A DNA stretch of 64,000 nt from a virus. Lineage: Duplodnaviria > Heunggongvirae > Uroviricota > Caudoviricetes. The position numbers and the translations under genes are program-made. The stretch covers positions 57,830-121,829 of IMG/VR virus record IMGVR_UViG_2822641076_000001, one strand, 5' to 3'. Shown one piece after another: positions 33,373 through 42,770 of this stretch (positions within the stretch are counted from its first letter, which is position 1; each line of letters starts with the position of its first letter). The notes beneath the pieces are model-generated. The model saw only the letters and a program-made list of their open reading frames with translations, was not told the origin of the DNA and ran no database searches.

Positions 33373-33750
33373 TTGCTTATTGTGTATGACTCAAAGACGA
33401 AGAACGTTGAGAGATTTGTGCAAAAGCTAGACATGCCCAACACAAAGATTCATAGAGACTTAGTGGTTAGTGAGAAGTTCGTCCTGATTACATATACGAC
33501 GGGCTTCGGAGCTGTCCCTAAGTCTACTATTGATTTTTTGAGAAATAACCCCAAGCACGCTGAAAACATCGTAGGTGTTTGTGCTAGTGGCAACAAAAAT
33601 TGGGGCATGAGATTCGCTTTTAGTGCCGACAGAATCTCAGAGGAGTTTGAAGTAAATATATTGCACAAATTCGAGATGTCGGGGCTAGACAGCGACGTTG
33701 AAAAAGTTAAATCAGAGGTGAAGCGAATTTGGCAAAATATTACGAACTGA
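33373..33750 (+). CDS. nrdI: NrdI flavodoxin-like protein (125 aa, TTG start)
   Basis: MLIVYDSKTKNVERFVQKL... is typical of the NrdI N-terminus. GGAG SD 8 nt before the TTG at 33373 (the track starts at the TTG at 33358). The 3' end overlaps nrdE. Confidence 0.7.
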   Translation: MLIVYDSKTKNVERFVQKLDMPNTKIHRDLVVSEKFVLITYTTGFGAVPKSTIDFLRNNPKHAENIVGVCASGNKNWGMRFAFSADRISEEFEVNILHKFEMSGLDSDVEKVKSEVKRIWQNITN

Positions 33751-35837
33751 ATAATGAAGTAAAAATTGAGAAAGATGGAAGATTCCAATTCGAGAAAGAC
33801 TTGGAAGCAGTAAAGAGTTACTTTGTAGACCATGTTAACCAAAACATGCAATACTTCCATACTCTCAATGAACAATTAGAGTACATGTTTGGTGATAATT
33901 CAACCGAATCAATCTACTATGACAAGAAAATCTTTGACATGTATAAATTCGAAGAGGTAGAAGAAATCTTCAAATATGTATACGATAAGGAATTTAGATT
34001 TGCATCATTCATGTCGGCATTTAAATTCTACAACAATTACTCGTTGAAGACAGATGATGGTACACGATACCTAGAGCGATATGAAGACCGAGTAGCTGTA
34101 AATGCATTGTTCTTTGGTAAAGGTGATGTGGAGAAGGCTAAGAGGTTTGCAACTGTATTAATCCAACAAGATTATCAGCCTGCAACGCCCACGTTCTTGA
34201 ATGTAGGAAGATATCGTGGTGGTAAATATGTATCATGTTTCCTTTTAGATACACAGGATACAACAGAAAGTATCTTCTATGCTCTGCAATCAGCAGGTCA
34301 CTTGTCACGTATGGGTGGAGGAGTTGCAATCAACTTATCTAAATTACGTAGTGCAGGAGAAGATATTAGTGGAACTGAGAATGCCTCTAAGAGTGTTGTT
34401 GGCGTAGCTAAATTATTTGAAGGTGTATTCAATCAGTTCGACCAAAAAGGTCAACGTAAAGGTGCAGGAGCGGTTTACTTAAACATCTTCCATCCTGATA
34501 TTATCGAGTTCTTGTCTACGAAAAAGATTAATGCCGATGAGAATATTCGATTAAAAACACTTTCTCTTGGTCTTATTATTCCAAACAAGTTCTATGAGCT
34601 TGCTGAGAAGAATGAACCGTACTTTACATTCTATCCTAATAGTGTCCGTAAAGAGTATGGAATTTATTTAGATGACATGGACATGGATGAATGGTATGAG
34701 AAGTTGCTTAATAACCCACGAGTACGTAAGAAGCAAATGCTTCCTGCTCGTAAGATGCTTACAGATATCGCTAAAACTCAAATTGAGAGTGGTTATCCAT
34801 ACCTAATCAATATTGATAATGCGAATGAGCAACACACGCTTAAAGGGTTGGGAAAAGTCAAAATGTCTAATTTGTGTGTGGAAATTTTCCAACTGCAAAC
34901 TGAGTCTGATATCCAAGGATACAAGGGTGAAGATAAGTTTGGATACGATGTTAACTGTAATCTAGGTTCTATCAACATCGTAAATGTTATGGAAAATAAG
35001 AATATTAAAGAAGCTGTACGATTAGCAGTTAACGCTTTGACGACAGTATCTATTGAATCTGCAATTGATGAAGTACCAACTGTTAAGAAAGCAAATGAAG
35101 CACTTCATTCTGTTGGTCTTGGAGCTATGAACCTACATGGATATTTAGCTAAGAATAAAATCCTGTACAGTAGCGAATATGCACGAGACTTTGCGAACAC
35201 ATTCTTTATGATGATGCGTTTCTATGCATTAGAAGAGAGTAATGACATAGCTAAAGAACTGGGCGAAACATTTACAGGATTTGAGAAGAGTGAGTACGCA
35301 AACGGAAATGCTCTCAAGAAATACTTGGAAAAGAGTTTTGCTCCGAAGACTGAGAAAGTACAGAAATTGTTTGAGGGAATTTATATTCCAACTCAAGAGG
35401 ACTGGGCTGAATTAAATGAAAAGATTTTGAAGCACGGACTGTTTAATGCTTATAACATGGCAATCGCTCCGACTCAATCCATCTCATATGTTCAGAACGC
35501 TACTCAAAGTGTACTTCCTGTCATCGAACCAATCGAGACTCGTACATACGAAGATAGTACAACGCATTATCCAATGCCGTACATCTCAAATGAGAATTTC
35601 TTCTTCTACCAATCAGCATATGACGTTGATATGTATAAGCTGATTGACTTAATGGCGGTAATTCAAGGTCACGTTGACCAAGGAATTTCAACAACATTAT
35701 ATGTAGATGGAATGACAACGACGACACGAGATTTAGCTAGATACTTTATCTATGCACAGAAAAAAGGACTGAAATCTCTGTACTATACACGTACAAAGAA
35801 ATCAGATATCAGCGAATGTAGTTCATGTTCAGTTTAA
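33729..35837 (+). CDS. nrdE: ribonucleotide reductase class Ib large subunit (702 aa, TTG start)
   Basis: Active-site NLCVEI, C-terminal CSSCSV thiol pair and overall NrdE length. Continuous ORF with no intein or intron gap. Confidence 0.9.
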   Translation: MAKYYELNNEVKIEKDGRFQFEKDLEAVKSYFVDHVNQNMQYFHTLNEQLEYMFGDNSTESIYYDKKIFDMYKFEEVEEIFKYVYDKEFRFASFMSAFKFYNNYSLKTDDGTRYLERYEDRVAVNALFFGKGDVEKAKRFATVLIQQDYQPATPTFLNVGRYRGGKYVSCFLLDTQDTTESIFYALQSAGHLSRMGGGVAINLSKLRSAGEDISGTENASKSVVGVAKLFEGVFNQFDQKGQRKGAGAVYLNIFHPDIIEFLSTKKINADENIRLKTLSLGLIIPNKFYELAEKNEPYFTFYPNSVRKEYGIYLDDMDMDEWYEKLLNNPRVRKKQMLPARKMLTDIAKTQIESGYPYLINIDNANEQHTLKGLGKVKMSNLCVEIFQLQTESDIQGYKGEDKFGYDVNCNLGSINIVNVMENKNIKEAVRLAVNALTTVSIESAIDEVPTVKKANEALHSVGLGAMNLHGYLAKNKILYSSEYARDFANTFFMMMRFYALEESNDIAKELGETFTGFEKSEYANGNALKKYLEKSFAPKTEKVQKLFEGIYIPTQEDWAELNEKILKHGLFNAYNMAIAPTQSISYVQNATQSVLPVIEPIETRTYEDSTTHYPMPYISNENFFFYQSAYDVDMYKLIDLMAVIQGHVDQGISTTLYVDGMTTTTRDLARYFIYAQKKGLKSLYYTRTKKSDISECSSCSV

Positions 35838-35881
35838 CGGGTTTCCGTTAGGCTGAACTTATATTAAACAGAGGTGAATTT

Positions 35882-36856
35882 ATGCATAAAGCAGTTAACT
35901 GGAACATTGAAGAAGATAGTTTTACACAGATGTTTTGGCAACAAAACGTTGCTCAATTTTGGCTAGATACGGAAATTCCTATTTCCAATGATTCAAAGTC
36001 TTGGAGATTACTATCTCCCGAACAACAAGAGACTTATAAGAAAGTATTAGGTGGTTTAACACTACTAGATACCAAGCAATCTATCGCAGGGATGCCTAAG
36101 ATTTCTGAACATATTCCCGATTTACAGCGTAAAGCAGTTCTATCATTCATGGGAACTATGGAAGCAGTACATGCAAAATCTTATTCTACTATTTTTACAA
36201 CACTTATCAGTCCACAAGAAATCGACGAAGTGTTTGAGTGGGTAAACGAACATCCACGACTGCAACAAAAAGCAGACCGCATTGATAGTTTATATCAGAA
36301 TATCAATGATGAGTTAAGCCTTTATATGGCTATGGTAGCAAGTGTATTCCTAGAAAGTTACTTATTCTATAGTGGATTCTTCTATCCTCTGTATCTTGCA
36401 GGTCAAGGAAAGATGGTTGCTAGTGGTGAGATTATCAATCTAATTTTACGTGATGAAAGTATTCACGGGGTTTATGTTGGTCTTCTAGCTCAGGAAGTAT
36501 TCGAAGAGCTAACAGAAGAAGAGAAACAACATGCACACAATATGGTAATCGAGTTATTAGAAGAATTGATGGAAATTGAGTTCCGCTACACTGAGGAAAT
36601 CTATGCTCCAATTGGTTTAGACCACGAAGTAAAGAATTTCTTACAGTACAACGCTAATAAAGCGATGATGAATCTAGGTCTTGAGCCAATTTATGAAGAG
36701 AAGAAGATTAATCCTATCGTTGAGAATGGGTTGAAGACTGATACGAAGAACCATGATTTCTTCTCAACTAAAGGTAATGGCTATTTAAAAGCTATTTACG
36801 AAGATTTAAATGATGATGATTTCCACTTCCCACAATTGGAAGCTGAAAATAAATAA
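35882..36856 (+). CDS. nrdF: ribonucleotide reductase class Ib small subunit (324 aa)
   Basis: Di-metal ligand motifs EAVHAKSYS and DESIHG. Correct size. Confidence 0.9.
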   Translation: MHKAVNWNIEEDSFTQMFWQQNVAQFWLDTEIPISNDSKSWRLLSPEQQETYKKVLGGLTLLDTKQSIAGMPKISEHIPDLQRKAVLSFMGTMEAVHAKSYSTIFTTLISPQEIDEVFEWVNEHPRLQQKADRIDSLYQNINDELSLYMAMVASVFLESYLFYSGFFYPLYLAGQGKMVASGEIINLILRDESIHGVYVGLLAQEVFEELTEEEKQHAHNMVIELLEELMEIEFRYTEEIYAPIGLDHEVKNFLQYNANKAMMNLGLEPIYEEKKINPIVENGLKTDTKNHDFFSTKGNGYLKAIYEDLNDDDFHFPQLEAENK

Positions 36857-36879
36857 ACAAAACGAAAGGAAGTATAGCA

Positions 36880-37137
36880 ATGAAAGTAATTAAGTTTTAC
36901 CAAACACCATGTACACCATGTAACATGCTTGTTGACACTATGGGACGTTTAGGTGTGAAAGCAGATGAGGAGTACAACGTAAAAGAAGAAAAAGGTATGG
37001 AAATGGCAGGAGAGTTTGGAGTTGTAAAAACACCAGTACTAATTCTGTTAGATGATACTGGCGCAGAAGTACAGCGTTATCAAGGCGTAGGTCAATCAAA
37101 AGTGACTGAAATCTTTACAAAACGTGGATTGCTGTAA
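36880..37137 (+). CDS. nrdH: NrdH/glutaredoxin-like thioredoxin-fold protein (85 aa)
   Basis: CTPC redox motif near the N-terminus (KFYQTPCTPCNML). Positioned after nrdF. Confidence 0.55.
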   Translation: MKVIKFYQTPCTPCNMLVDTMGRLGVKADEEYNVKEEKGMEMAGEFGVVKTPVLILLDDTGAEVQRYQGVGQSKVTEIFTKRGLL

Positions 37138-37304
37138 GTAGTGATTGATGTACGAGAGAATGAAGAACTCAAGAAGTTGATAGAGAACAATCCTGACTGT
37201 GAGATTGTACCGTTCAGTGAAGATACAGTACTTATTCTTCCACGTCAAGAGAAGATGATAAAGGTTGTTTTTGAACCACCTGACATTAGCGATTGGAGGA
37301 TATT

Positions 37305-37493
37305 ATGATTAGCGAATTTGGTTTTAATTGGCGTGAAATTAGTGTTGATTACGTTAAGAAGTGTGTAGGCAAAGAGGATTTGATGTGTAAGCACGGCAAA
37401 GAGTTCTTTTTCATTGAAAAGACAGATGTTCCACCCGATTATATCAGATTCGACTTTCTAATCAGGGGTTCTTGGTTCATCCGAGTGCAGTAA
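37305..37493 (+). CDS. hypothetical protein (62 aa)
   Basis: GGAGG SD 7 nt before the ATG at 37305 (the track starts at the TTG at 37293). Confidence 0.4.
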   Translation: MISEFGFNWREISVDYVKKCVGKEDLMCKHGKEFFFIEKTDVPPDYIRFDFLIRGSWFIRVQ

Positions 37494-37524
37494 AATGACA
37501 ATTTTATTTAAGGGAGGGAGCATC

Positions 37525-37683
37525 ATGAACATCAAAAAAGAGCTTAAAAAGACTCTACAAGAGCTTGATGTTAGATTGCAAAACTATTGGTCACGAGAAG
37601 AACGTGCGATGCTGTATATTGCCAAAAGCAATACCTTAATGGCTCTACAAAAATACGAAACTAGCGAGGAGAAAGCAGAATGA
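37525..37683 (+). CDS. hypothetical protein (52 aa)
   Basis: GGAGGGAG SD before the ATG at 37525 (internal to track ORF 37495..37683). Confidence 0.4.
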   Translation: MNIKKELKKTLQELDVRLQNYWSREERAMLYIAKSNTLMALQKYETSEEKAE

Positions 37684-37985
37684 GCAAATACAGTTTAACT
37701 AAGAGACCTGCTGTTGAAGGGTTTAAAGTGACAATTGTCGCAGATTCAAATGATGCGGACTACATCACAACAATCAATACATACACAAAGAGTGAATTTG
37801 AAGATGGTATTATTGATGAACTAATTGATTTACAAGAAAACCATAGTGGTCACTATGAGCTTGAGAAATTCCATTATGACCACCTACAAATTCCATATGG
37901 TGACATGGACATCTGTCACACACTATCGAGTATTGATGTAGAGTACACGGACGCAGAAGGAAATGTGTGGGACGTAGTATTTTAA
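37680..37985 (+). CDS. hypothetical acidic protein (101 aa)
   Basis: ATGA overlap. GAGGAG SD. Confidence 0.5.
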   Translation: MSKYSLTKRPAVEGFKVTIVADSNDADYITTINTYTKSEFEDGIIDELIDLQENHSGHYELEKFHYDHLQIPYGDMDICHTLSSIDVEYTDAEGNVWDVVF

Positions 37986-37993
37986 AAAACACC

Positions 37994-38014
37994 ACAAGTG
38001 TAAAAAATAATGAA
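37994..38014 (+). promoter_or_regulatory. canonical motif copy followed by a cccctc-gtaat-gagggg hairpin (38020-38036)
   Basis: Same motif-then-hairpin-then-SD arrangement as at recJ. Confidence 0.5.
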
Positions 38015-38054
38015 TTTATCCCCTCGTAATGAGGGGAAGCGGAGGGAAAACACA

Positions 38055-38777
38055 ATGACAAAATTAAAGAAAAAGAAAAACTATTACAAAGCAGGCGAGT
38101 TAGTAACTCTAAAGGAAACTAAGGAGACTGTGAAAGTTAAAGATGTAAATCTTACTAGCTATGAAGCTACTGTTACATTCAAGGATGGCAAAGAGAAAGT
38201 TGTTAAGTTATGGGACATCCGTAAGTTGCCAATTCGCAAAGATTCTCACAAGGACACTGTGTTATTTGCACGAGTTCGTGAGGATGCAATTATCCCAACT
38301 AAGCGTGATGAAGATGCAGGATTTGATTTATATGCGAACCTAGAGACTGCACGAGTGGTTCAAGAAGGGGAAGAGCAAGTTCATGTACGTGAGCTATTGC
38401 TTCCAAAAGGTAGACCGACGTTAGTACCAACAGGTATTGCAACATCTATGCTTCCTAAGTACTACATGAATCTTAAACACGAACGTGGTTCTACTGGGAA
38501 AGTAGGCATGAACATTTTAAGTGGTGTCGTGGATAGTGGATACCGTGGAGAAATCTTCATCAATATCGTTCCTCTTTACAAGGATATCGTTCTTACATCT
38601 GCCGTAACAGAAGTTGAAGAGCATGAGAATATGATTCTTTACCCATACAACAAGGCTATTGCTCAAGCAACAATTGAGTATGTGCCACCAGTACGAGTGA
38701 AGGAAATTTCATTTGAAGAATTAAAAGCAATTCCGTCTGAACGTGGTGAAGGCAAGTTAGGTTCAAGCGGTAAATAA
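38055..38777 (+). CDS. dut: dUTPase with about 60 aa of N-terminal extension (240 aa)
   Basis: All five dUTPase motifs: AGFDLYA, ERGSTGKVG, GVVDSGYRGE, AIAQATIE and ERGEGKLGSSGK. GGAGGGAAAA SD before the ATG at 38055. Confidence 0.85.
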   Translation: MTKLKKKKNYYKAGELVTLKETKETVKVKDVNLTSYEATVTFKDGKEKVVKLWDIRKLPIRKDSHKDTVLFARVREDAIIPTKRDEDAGFDLYANLETARVVQEGEEQVHVRELLLPKGRPTLVPTGIATSMLPKYYMNLKHERGSTGKVGMNILSGVVDSGYRGEIFINIVPLYKDIVLTSAVTEVEEHENMILYPYNKAIAQATIEYVPPVRVKEISFEELKAIPSERGEGKLGSSGK

Positions 38778-38797
38778 AACTAGAGGAGCAATTACAT

Positions 38798-39253
38798 ATG
38801 GCATACGAAAATACAGGCGCAAAGAAGATTTATTTAGCATCACCTTTCTTCTGTGAGGAAGAAATTGAAAGAGTAGCATTCATGGAGAAGTTGTTACGTG
38901 AACAAGGATTCGATGTATTCTCTCCACGAGAAAATCAATTCGACCAGTACGAACTTTTCTCAAAAGAGTGGCGTGAAGCAGTTTACTTAAATGATATGAA
39001 ACACCTAATGGAAGCTGATATGGTAGTAGCTATTTATGATGGTGAAGGCGAAGGTTCTGACCAAGGAACAATCTTTGAAGTTGGAGCAGGTATCGTAGCA
39101 GGTAAATTTGTGATTGTATTCACAGAGAAGCATGATGGCATCAACTTAATGCTTACTGACTCTTGTCACGCATTCCTAAAAGGTCGTCAAGAAGCTCTAG
39201 ATTATGACTGGAAGAACCTACCGACTAACTACTGGCATGGCGGAGTTCGCTAA
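38798..39253 (+). CDS. nucleoside 2-deoxyribosyltransferase (151 aa)
   Basis: KIYLASPFF (NDT N-terminal motif) and the catalytic-Glu region DQGTIFEVGAG. Confidence 0.65.
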   Translation: MAYENTGAKKIYLASPFFCEEEIERVAFMEKLLREQGFDVFSPRENQFDQYELFSKEWREAVYLNDMKHLMEADMVVAIYDGEGEGSDQGTIFEVGAGIVAGKFVIVFTEKHDGINLMLTDSCHAFLKGRQEALDYDWKNLPTNYWHGGVR

Positions 39254-39321
39254 TTACTGTTAATTGCTGTGGGGCTTTATGCTCCACGGCTAATAAATAA
39301 CTAACATTAAGGAAGTGGGCG

Positions 39322-39993
39322 ATGGCTATTATCTGTGTAGGTGGAATGATTTCTTTAGGGAAATCTAGCATGGCTAAATTATTAGGTGAAACATTAGAAA
39401 GTGAAGTGTTCTACGAATCAGTAGACAACAACCCTGTATTGGAGCGATTCTATACAGCAAGCAAAGAGGAAGCAGAAGCAGAGCGCTTAACATTCCTATT
39501 ACAACTATGGTTCTTGAATACGAGATTTGATTCTATCAAGAAAGCCTTGATACATTCTCATAACGTATTAGACCGCAGTATCTATGAAGATATCTATTTC
39601 ATGAAGCGTAATCAGCAATATGGACGATTAATTGGAGAAAACCGCATTACTGATTTAGAGGAAACAATCTACATGGGACTCTTTGAGAACATGATGGAAG
39701 AGCTTGAGGAGTTACCAAAGAAATCTCCTGACCTTATGGTCTACCTAAAAGGAAGCTTTGAAACAGTATTATATAGAATCAAGCAACGTGGACGTGAGTT
39801 TGAATTAGATGAAAAGCTAATCGAGTACTACAGATTCCTATGGGAAGAATACGACGAGTGGGTAATGAAACACTACAAAGCTAGCGAAGTCTTAATCATT
39901 GATGTAGACAATCTAGATTATGTTCACAACGAAAAGGACAAAGAGTATGTAGTGAAGCTTGTAAAAGAGAAATTAGAAGAATTAGGTATCTAG
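39322..39993 (+). CDS. deoxynucleoside kinase (dAK/dGK family; 223 aa)
   Basis: P-loop ICVGGMISLGKSS, the DRS motif LDRSIYEDIYF, and the lid region RIKQRGRE. Confidence 0.7.
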   Translation: MAIICVGGMISLGKSSMAKLLGETLESEVFYESVDNNPVLERFYTASKEEAEAERLTFLLQLWFLNTRFDSIKKALIHSHNVLDRSIYEDIYFMKRNQQYGRLIGENRITDLEETIYMGLFENMMEELEELPKKSPDLMVYLKGSFETVLYRIKQRGREFELDEKLIEYYRFLWEEYDEWVMKHYKASEVLIIDVDNLDYVHNEKDKEYVVKLVKEKLEELGI

Positions 39994-40006
39994 GAGGAAA
40001 ATAGAA

Positions 40007-41197
40007 GTGCAGATTTTAATGTCAGTATTAGGTCTTATTGGTCTAATAGGATTAGCATTCTTGCTATCTGAAAATAAGAAGAAAATTAAGTGGCGAACAA
40101 TTGGAACGGCTTTAGCTATGCAATTCCTATTAGCCTACCTGCTAGTAACAAGTGCAGGTCAACAAGCAATGAAATGGTTATCGGATGGCTATACAAAAAT
40201 CTCAAGCTATGCAACAGATGGAATCATGTTTGTATTTGGCGGATTCTTTAATGAGCATACAACATTTGTATTTGCAATCAATGTATTGATGGTAATCGTA
40301 TTCTTTGGAGCGTTATTCGCTGTGTTATTCTATCTGAATGTCATTCAGTTCTTTGTTAAATATGTGGGCGGTGCATTATCTAAACTACTTGGTACTACAC
40401 GAGTAGAAACATTTAGTGCAGTTATGAATATCTTTGCCTCACAAAACGAAGTTCCGACATTCATTAAACCATATCTGAAACATCTGACGAAAGCAGAACT
40501 GTTCGCAGTAATGGTTGCAGGAACAGGCTCTATGGCAGGTTCAATCTTAATTGGATACAGCTTAATGGGTATCCCGTTAGAATGGTTGCTTGTAGCATGT
40601 TTCATGGTTACAGGTTCTAGTTTATTAGTGGCAAAACTAATTGTTCCCGAAACAGAGGAGAGCCAAACGAACGGCAAGATTGAGCTTGACCGTAAGCAAG
40701 GTTCAGCTAATATTTTTGAAGCAATTTCAAATGGTGCAATGAGCGGTATGCAAATTGCTTGTGCTACAGCTACAATGCTAATTGCTTTCGTAGCATTAAT
40801 TGCATTAGTAAATGGTATCTTAGGAAACTTTGGCGTATCACTTGAGCAGTTGCTTGGATACTTATTCTATCCACTTGCATTCCTAATGAATGTAAGCCAT
40901 GACCAAGTAATGACAGCAAGTCAATTATTAGGTCAGAAGTTCGCAACGAATGAGTTTATTGCTTATTCTGCAATGGCAAAAGAGATGTCACAGATGGATA
41001 CTCGTACAATTGCTATGTTAACTATTGGTATCGGTGGCTTCGCTAACTTCTCATCTATTGGTATTTTACTGGGAAGCATTGGTGTTCTTGTTCCTGAGAA
41101 ACGAGGTATTGTTGCTAAGTACGGACTTCGTGCGATTGTAGCAGGACTTTTAGCAAATTTAATCAGTGCAACTATCGTTGGTATTTGGTTGCTGTAA
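40007..41197 (+). CDS. nupC: concentrative nucleoside transporter, NupC family (396 aa, GTG start)
   Basis: At least nine predicted TM helices. CNT signature GQKFATNEFIAYSAMA (NEF[IV]AY). AGGAGG SD. Confidence 0.75.
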   Translation: MQILMSVLGLIGLIGLAFLLSENKKKIKWRTIGTALAMQFLLAYLLVTSAGQQAMKWLSDGYTKISSYATDGIMFVFGGFFNEHTTFVFAINVLMVIVFFGALFAVLFYLNVIQFFVKYVGGALSKLLGTTRVETFSAVMNIFASQNEVPTFIKPYLKHLTKAELFAVMVAGTGSMAGSILIGYSLMGIPLEWLLVACFMVTGSSLLVAKLIVPETEESQTNGKIELDRKQGSANIFEAISNGAMSGMQIACATATMLIAFVALIALVNGILGNFGVSLEQLLGYLFYPLAFLMNVSHDQVMTASQLLGQKFATNEFIAYSAMAKEMSQMDTRTIAMLTIGIGGFANFSSIGILLGSIGVLVPEKRGIVAKYGLRAIVAGLLANLISATIVGIWLL

Positions 41198-41201
41198 CAT
41201 G

Positions 41202-41235
41202 GAGAGAGGGGAGAAATCCTCTCTCTTTTTATTTG
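41202..41235 (+). terminator. rho-independent terminator (gagagagg/cctctctc, then ttttt a tttg)
   Basis: 8-bp stem and T-run directly after the nupC stop. End of the nucleotide operon. Confidence 0.7.
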
Positions 41236-41242
41236 TTTAAAT

Positions 41243-41264
41243 ACAGATGTAAAAAATAATAAAA
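41243..41264 (+). promoter_or_regulatory. motif variant (ACAgaTGTAAAAAATAATaaaa) 6 bp upstream of a sigma-A -35 box
   Basis: Tandem arrangement identical to 30067-30123. Confidence 0.45.
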
Positions 41265-41270
41265 AAGGTA

Positions 41271-41299
41271 TTGCAAGTGCATAAAATAGATGATACAAT
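41271..41299 (+). promoter_or_regulatory. sigma-A promoter TTGCAA-17-TACAAT
   Basis: aaaaaggtattgcaa...tacaat. Paralog of the promoter at 30095. Confidence 0.5.
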
Positions 41300-41332
41300 G
41301 TGTATACAAGGTTGAGGGAAGGAGTGAAATGG

Positions 41333-41863
41333 TTGAATCAAAAGCTCTTAAAGCTTTACAAGTATGGTTGGAGCTTGAGAGATATATCAGACGAGTTCGG
41401 TATTACCGAATCGGAGATTAAAGCAGAATTGTTACGTTACAAAAGTTCTAGTAGGGTTATCGGGAAGAAGTTAAGTGATGACTTCAAGATGTTCTTGATG
41501 GAGCGTTTTAACAACACGAATGAAACTTTATCGGCAATCGCAAAGTTGTTTGATATGTCGAACTCAACGATGACCAAGATTAATCGGGAATTTGGTACTG
41601 CTGAATCCAAGAAGGTCGAAGAGAATGAAGATGATGCATTCAAGCCGATTGACTGGGACAGTTGGGATACATGCCCGACATGTAAAGGTTCAAATGTAAA
41701 TCAACTAAACAACACATACATAGAAGAAGATATTGTGGAAGATAACAATATCTATAATTCCTATTGCCTTGACTGTCACACTGAGTGGTTATTGCATGAT
41801 GGAATAGTAAAACAAGTTGTTTGGGAATTGTTAGAGAGTGTAGAAGCTCTCGATGAAAATTAA
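41333..41863 (+). CDS. putative HTH plus C4 zinc-ribbon regulator (176 aa, TTG start)
   Basis: GAAGGAG SD 8 nt before the TTG at 41333. The track GTG at 41300 abuts the -10 box and cannot be the start. HTH-like SLRDISDEFGITESEIKAEL, and C-terminal CPTCKG...CLDCH. Confidence 0.4.
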   Translation: MNQKLLKLYKYGWSLRDISDEFGITESEIKAELLRYKSSSRVIGKKLSDDFKMFLMERFNNTNETLSAIAKLFDMSNSTMTKINREFGTAESKKVEENEDDAFKPIDWDSWDTCPTCKGSNVNQLNNTYIEEDIVEDNNIYNSYCLDCHTEWLLHDGIVKQVVWELLESVEALDEN

Positions 41864-41865
41864 TT

Positions 41866-41886
41866 ATAAGTGTTAAAAATAATGAA
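41866..41886 (+). promoter_or_regulatory. motif copy (AtAAGTGTtAAAAATAATGAA); a second copy lies at 41950-41970 (ACAgaTGTAAAAAATAAcGAA)
   Basis: Two copies in the 120-bp gap before 41984. Confidence 0.45.
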
Positions 41887-41983
41887 TATAAATACACTGA
41901 TTGTCGTTTTATAAATAGTACTCTTAACCAAAGAGTCATTTAAAACTCAACAGATGTAAAAAATAACGAAAGGGATGCTGTGA

Positions 41984-42307
41984 ATGTCACGTGCAACAAC
42001 TACAATGGAAACACGAAAATCTTCATACGATGAAATCAAAGAATCTTTGTCAGAACGTCAGAAAAATGTTTTCAACGAATTGACCAAATACAAAGACGGT
42101 GCAACAGCTAGTGAGTTAGCTATGAATATGTGGAAGAAAGATGTTATTAAAACACCTGACCGCAACAATGTCCATCCTCGTTTAAATGAATTGGTTGAGA
42201 AGGGTGTAGTTACTGTAGAAGGGAAACGTGAATGTTCTGTGACTGGTAAAACGGTTGCTATTTATACAGCTCCTAAGAATGGAGTGTTGGATGAAGGATT
42301 ACATTGA
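41984..42307 (+). CDS. winged-helix DNA-binding protein (107 aa)
   Basis: ATASELAMNMWKKDVIKTPDRNNVHPRLNELVEKGVV resembles a MarR/ArsR-type wHTH. Confidence 0.4.
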   Translation: MSRATTTMETRKSSYDEIKESLSERQKNVFNELTKYKDGATASELAMNMWKKDVIKTPDRNNVHPRLNELVEKGVVTVEGKRECSVTGKTVAIYTAPKNGVLDEGLH

Positions 42308-42770
42308 CGTATGGACTGACGGCTCATGTGACAACAAGAACAACGAGTTTGGTGGCGTTGGCATTGTCATGAATTATAAGAGCCATAATAGAGAAATTTC
42401 TAAAGCGTTTGGTGGAGGACAAACCAATAACACGATGGAAATGATGGCTGTCGTAGTAGCTCTAGAAAATATCGCAACAACAAACATTCCTATAAAAATC
42501 CACAGCGACAGCGCTTATGTTGTCAACTGCTTCTTGCAAAAGTGGTATGTGAACTGGCGTAAGAACGGTTGGAAAAACAGCAAAAAGAAAGCTGTCGAGA
42601 ACAAGGACATATGGGAACGGATGATTGAATTGGTTGAGAAGCAGAAAGATGTAGAGTTCGTAAAGGTTAAAGGACATATAGGTATTCCTCTGAACGAACG
42701 CTGTGACCAATTGGCGAAATCAGCAGTAAAGAAAGCGAGAGAAAAGAAATATGGCAAAGAAGCGAGTTAA
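42291..42770 (+). CDS. rnhA: ribonuclease HI (159 aa)
   Basis: DEDD residues in VWTDGSC, EMMAV, HSDS and HIGIPLNERCDQLA. The ATG at 42291 overlaps the upstream gene (the track ORF starts at 42255). Confidence 0.85.
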   Translation: MKDYIDVWTDGSCDNKNNEFGGVGIVMNYKSHNREISKAFGGGQTNNTMEMMAVVVALENIATTNIPIKIHSDSAYVVNCFLQKWYVNWRKNGWKNSKKKAVENKDIWERMIELVEKQKDVEFVKVKGHIGIPLNERCDQLAKSAVKKAREKKYGKEAS

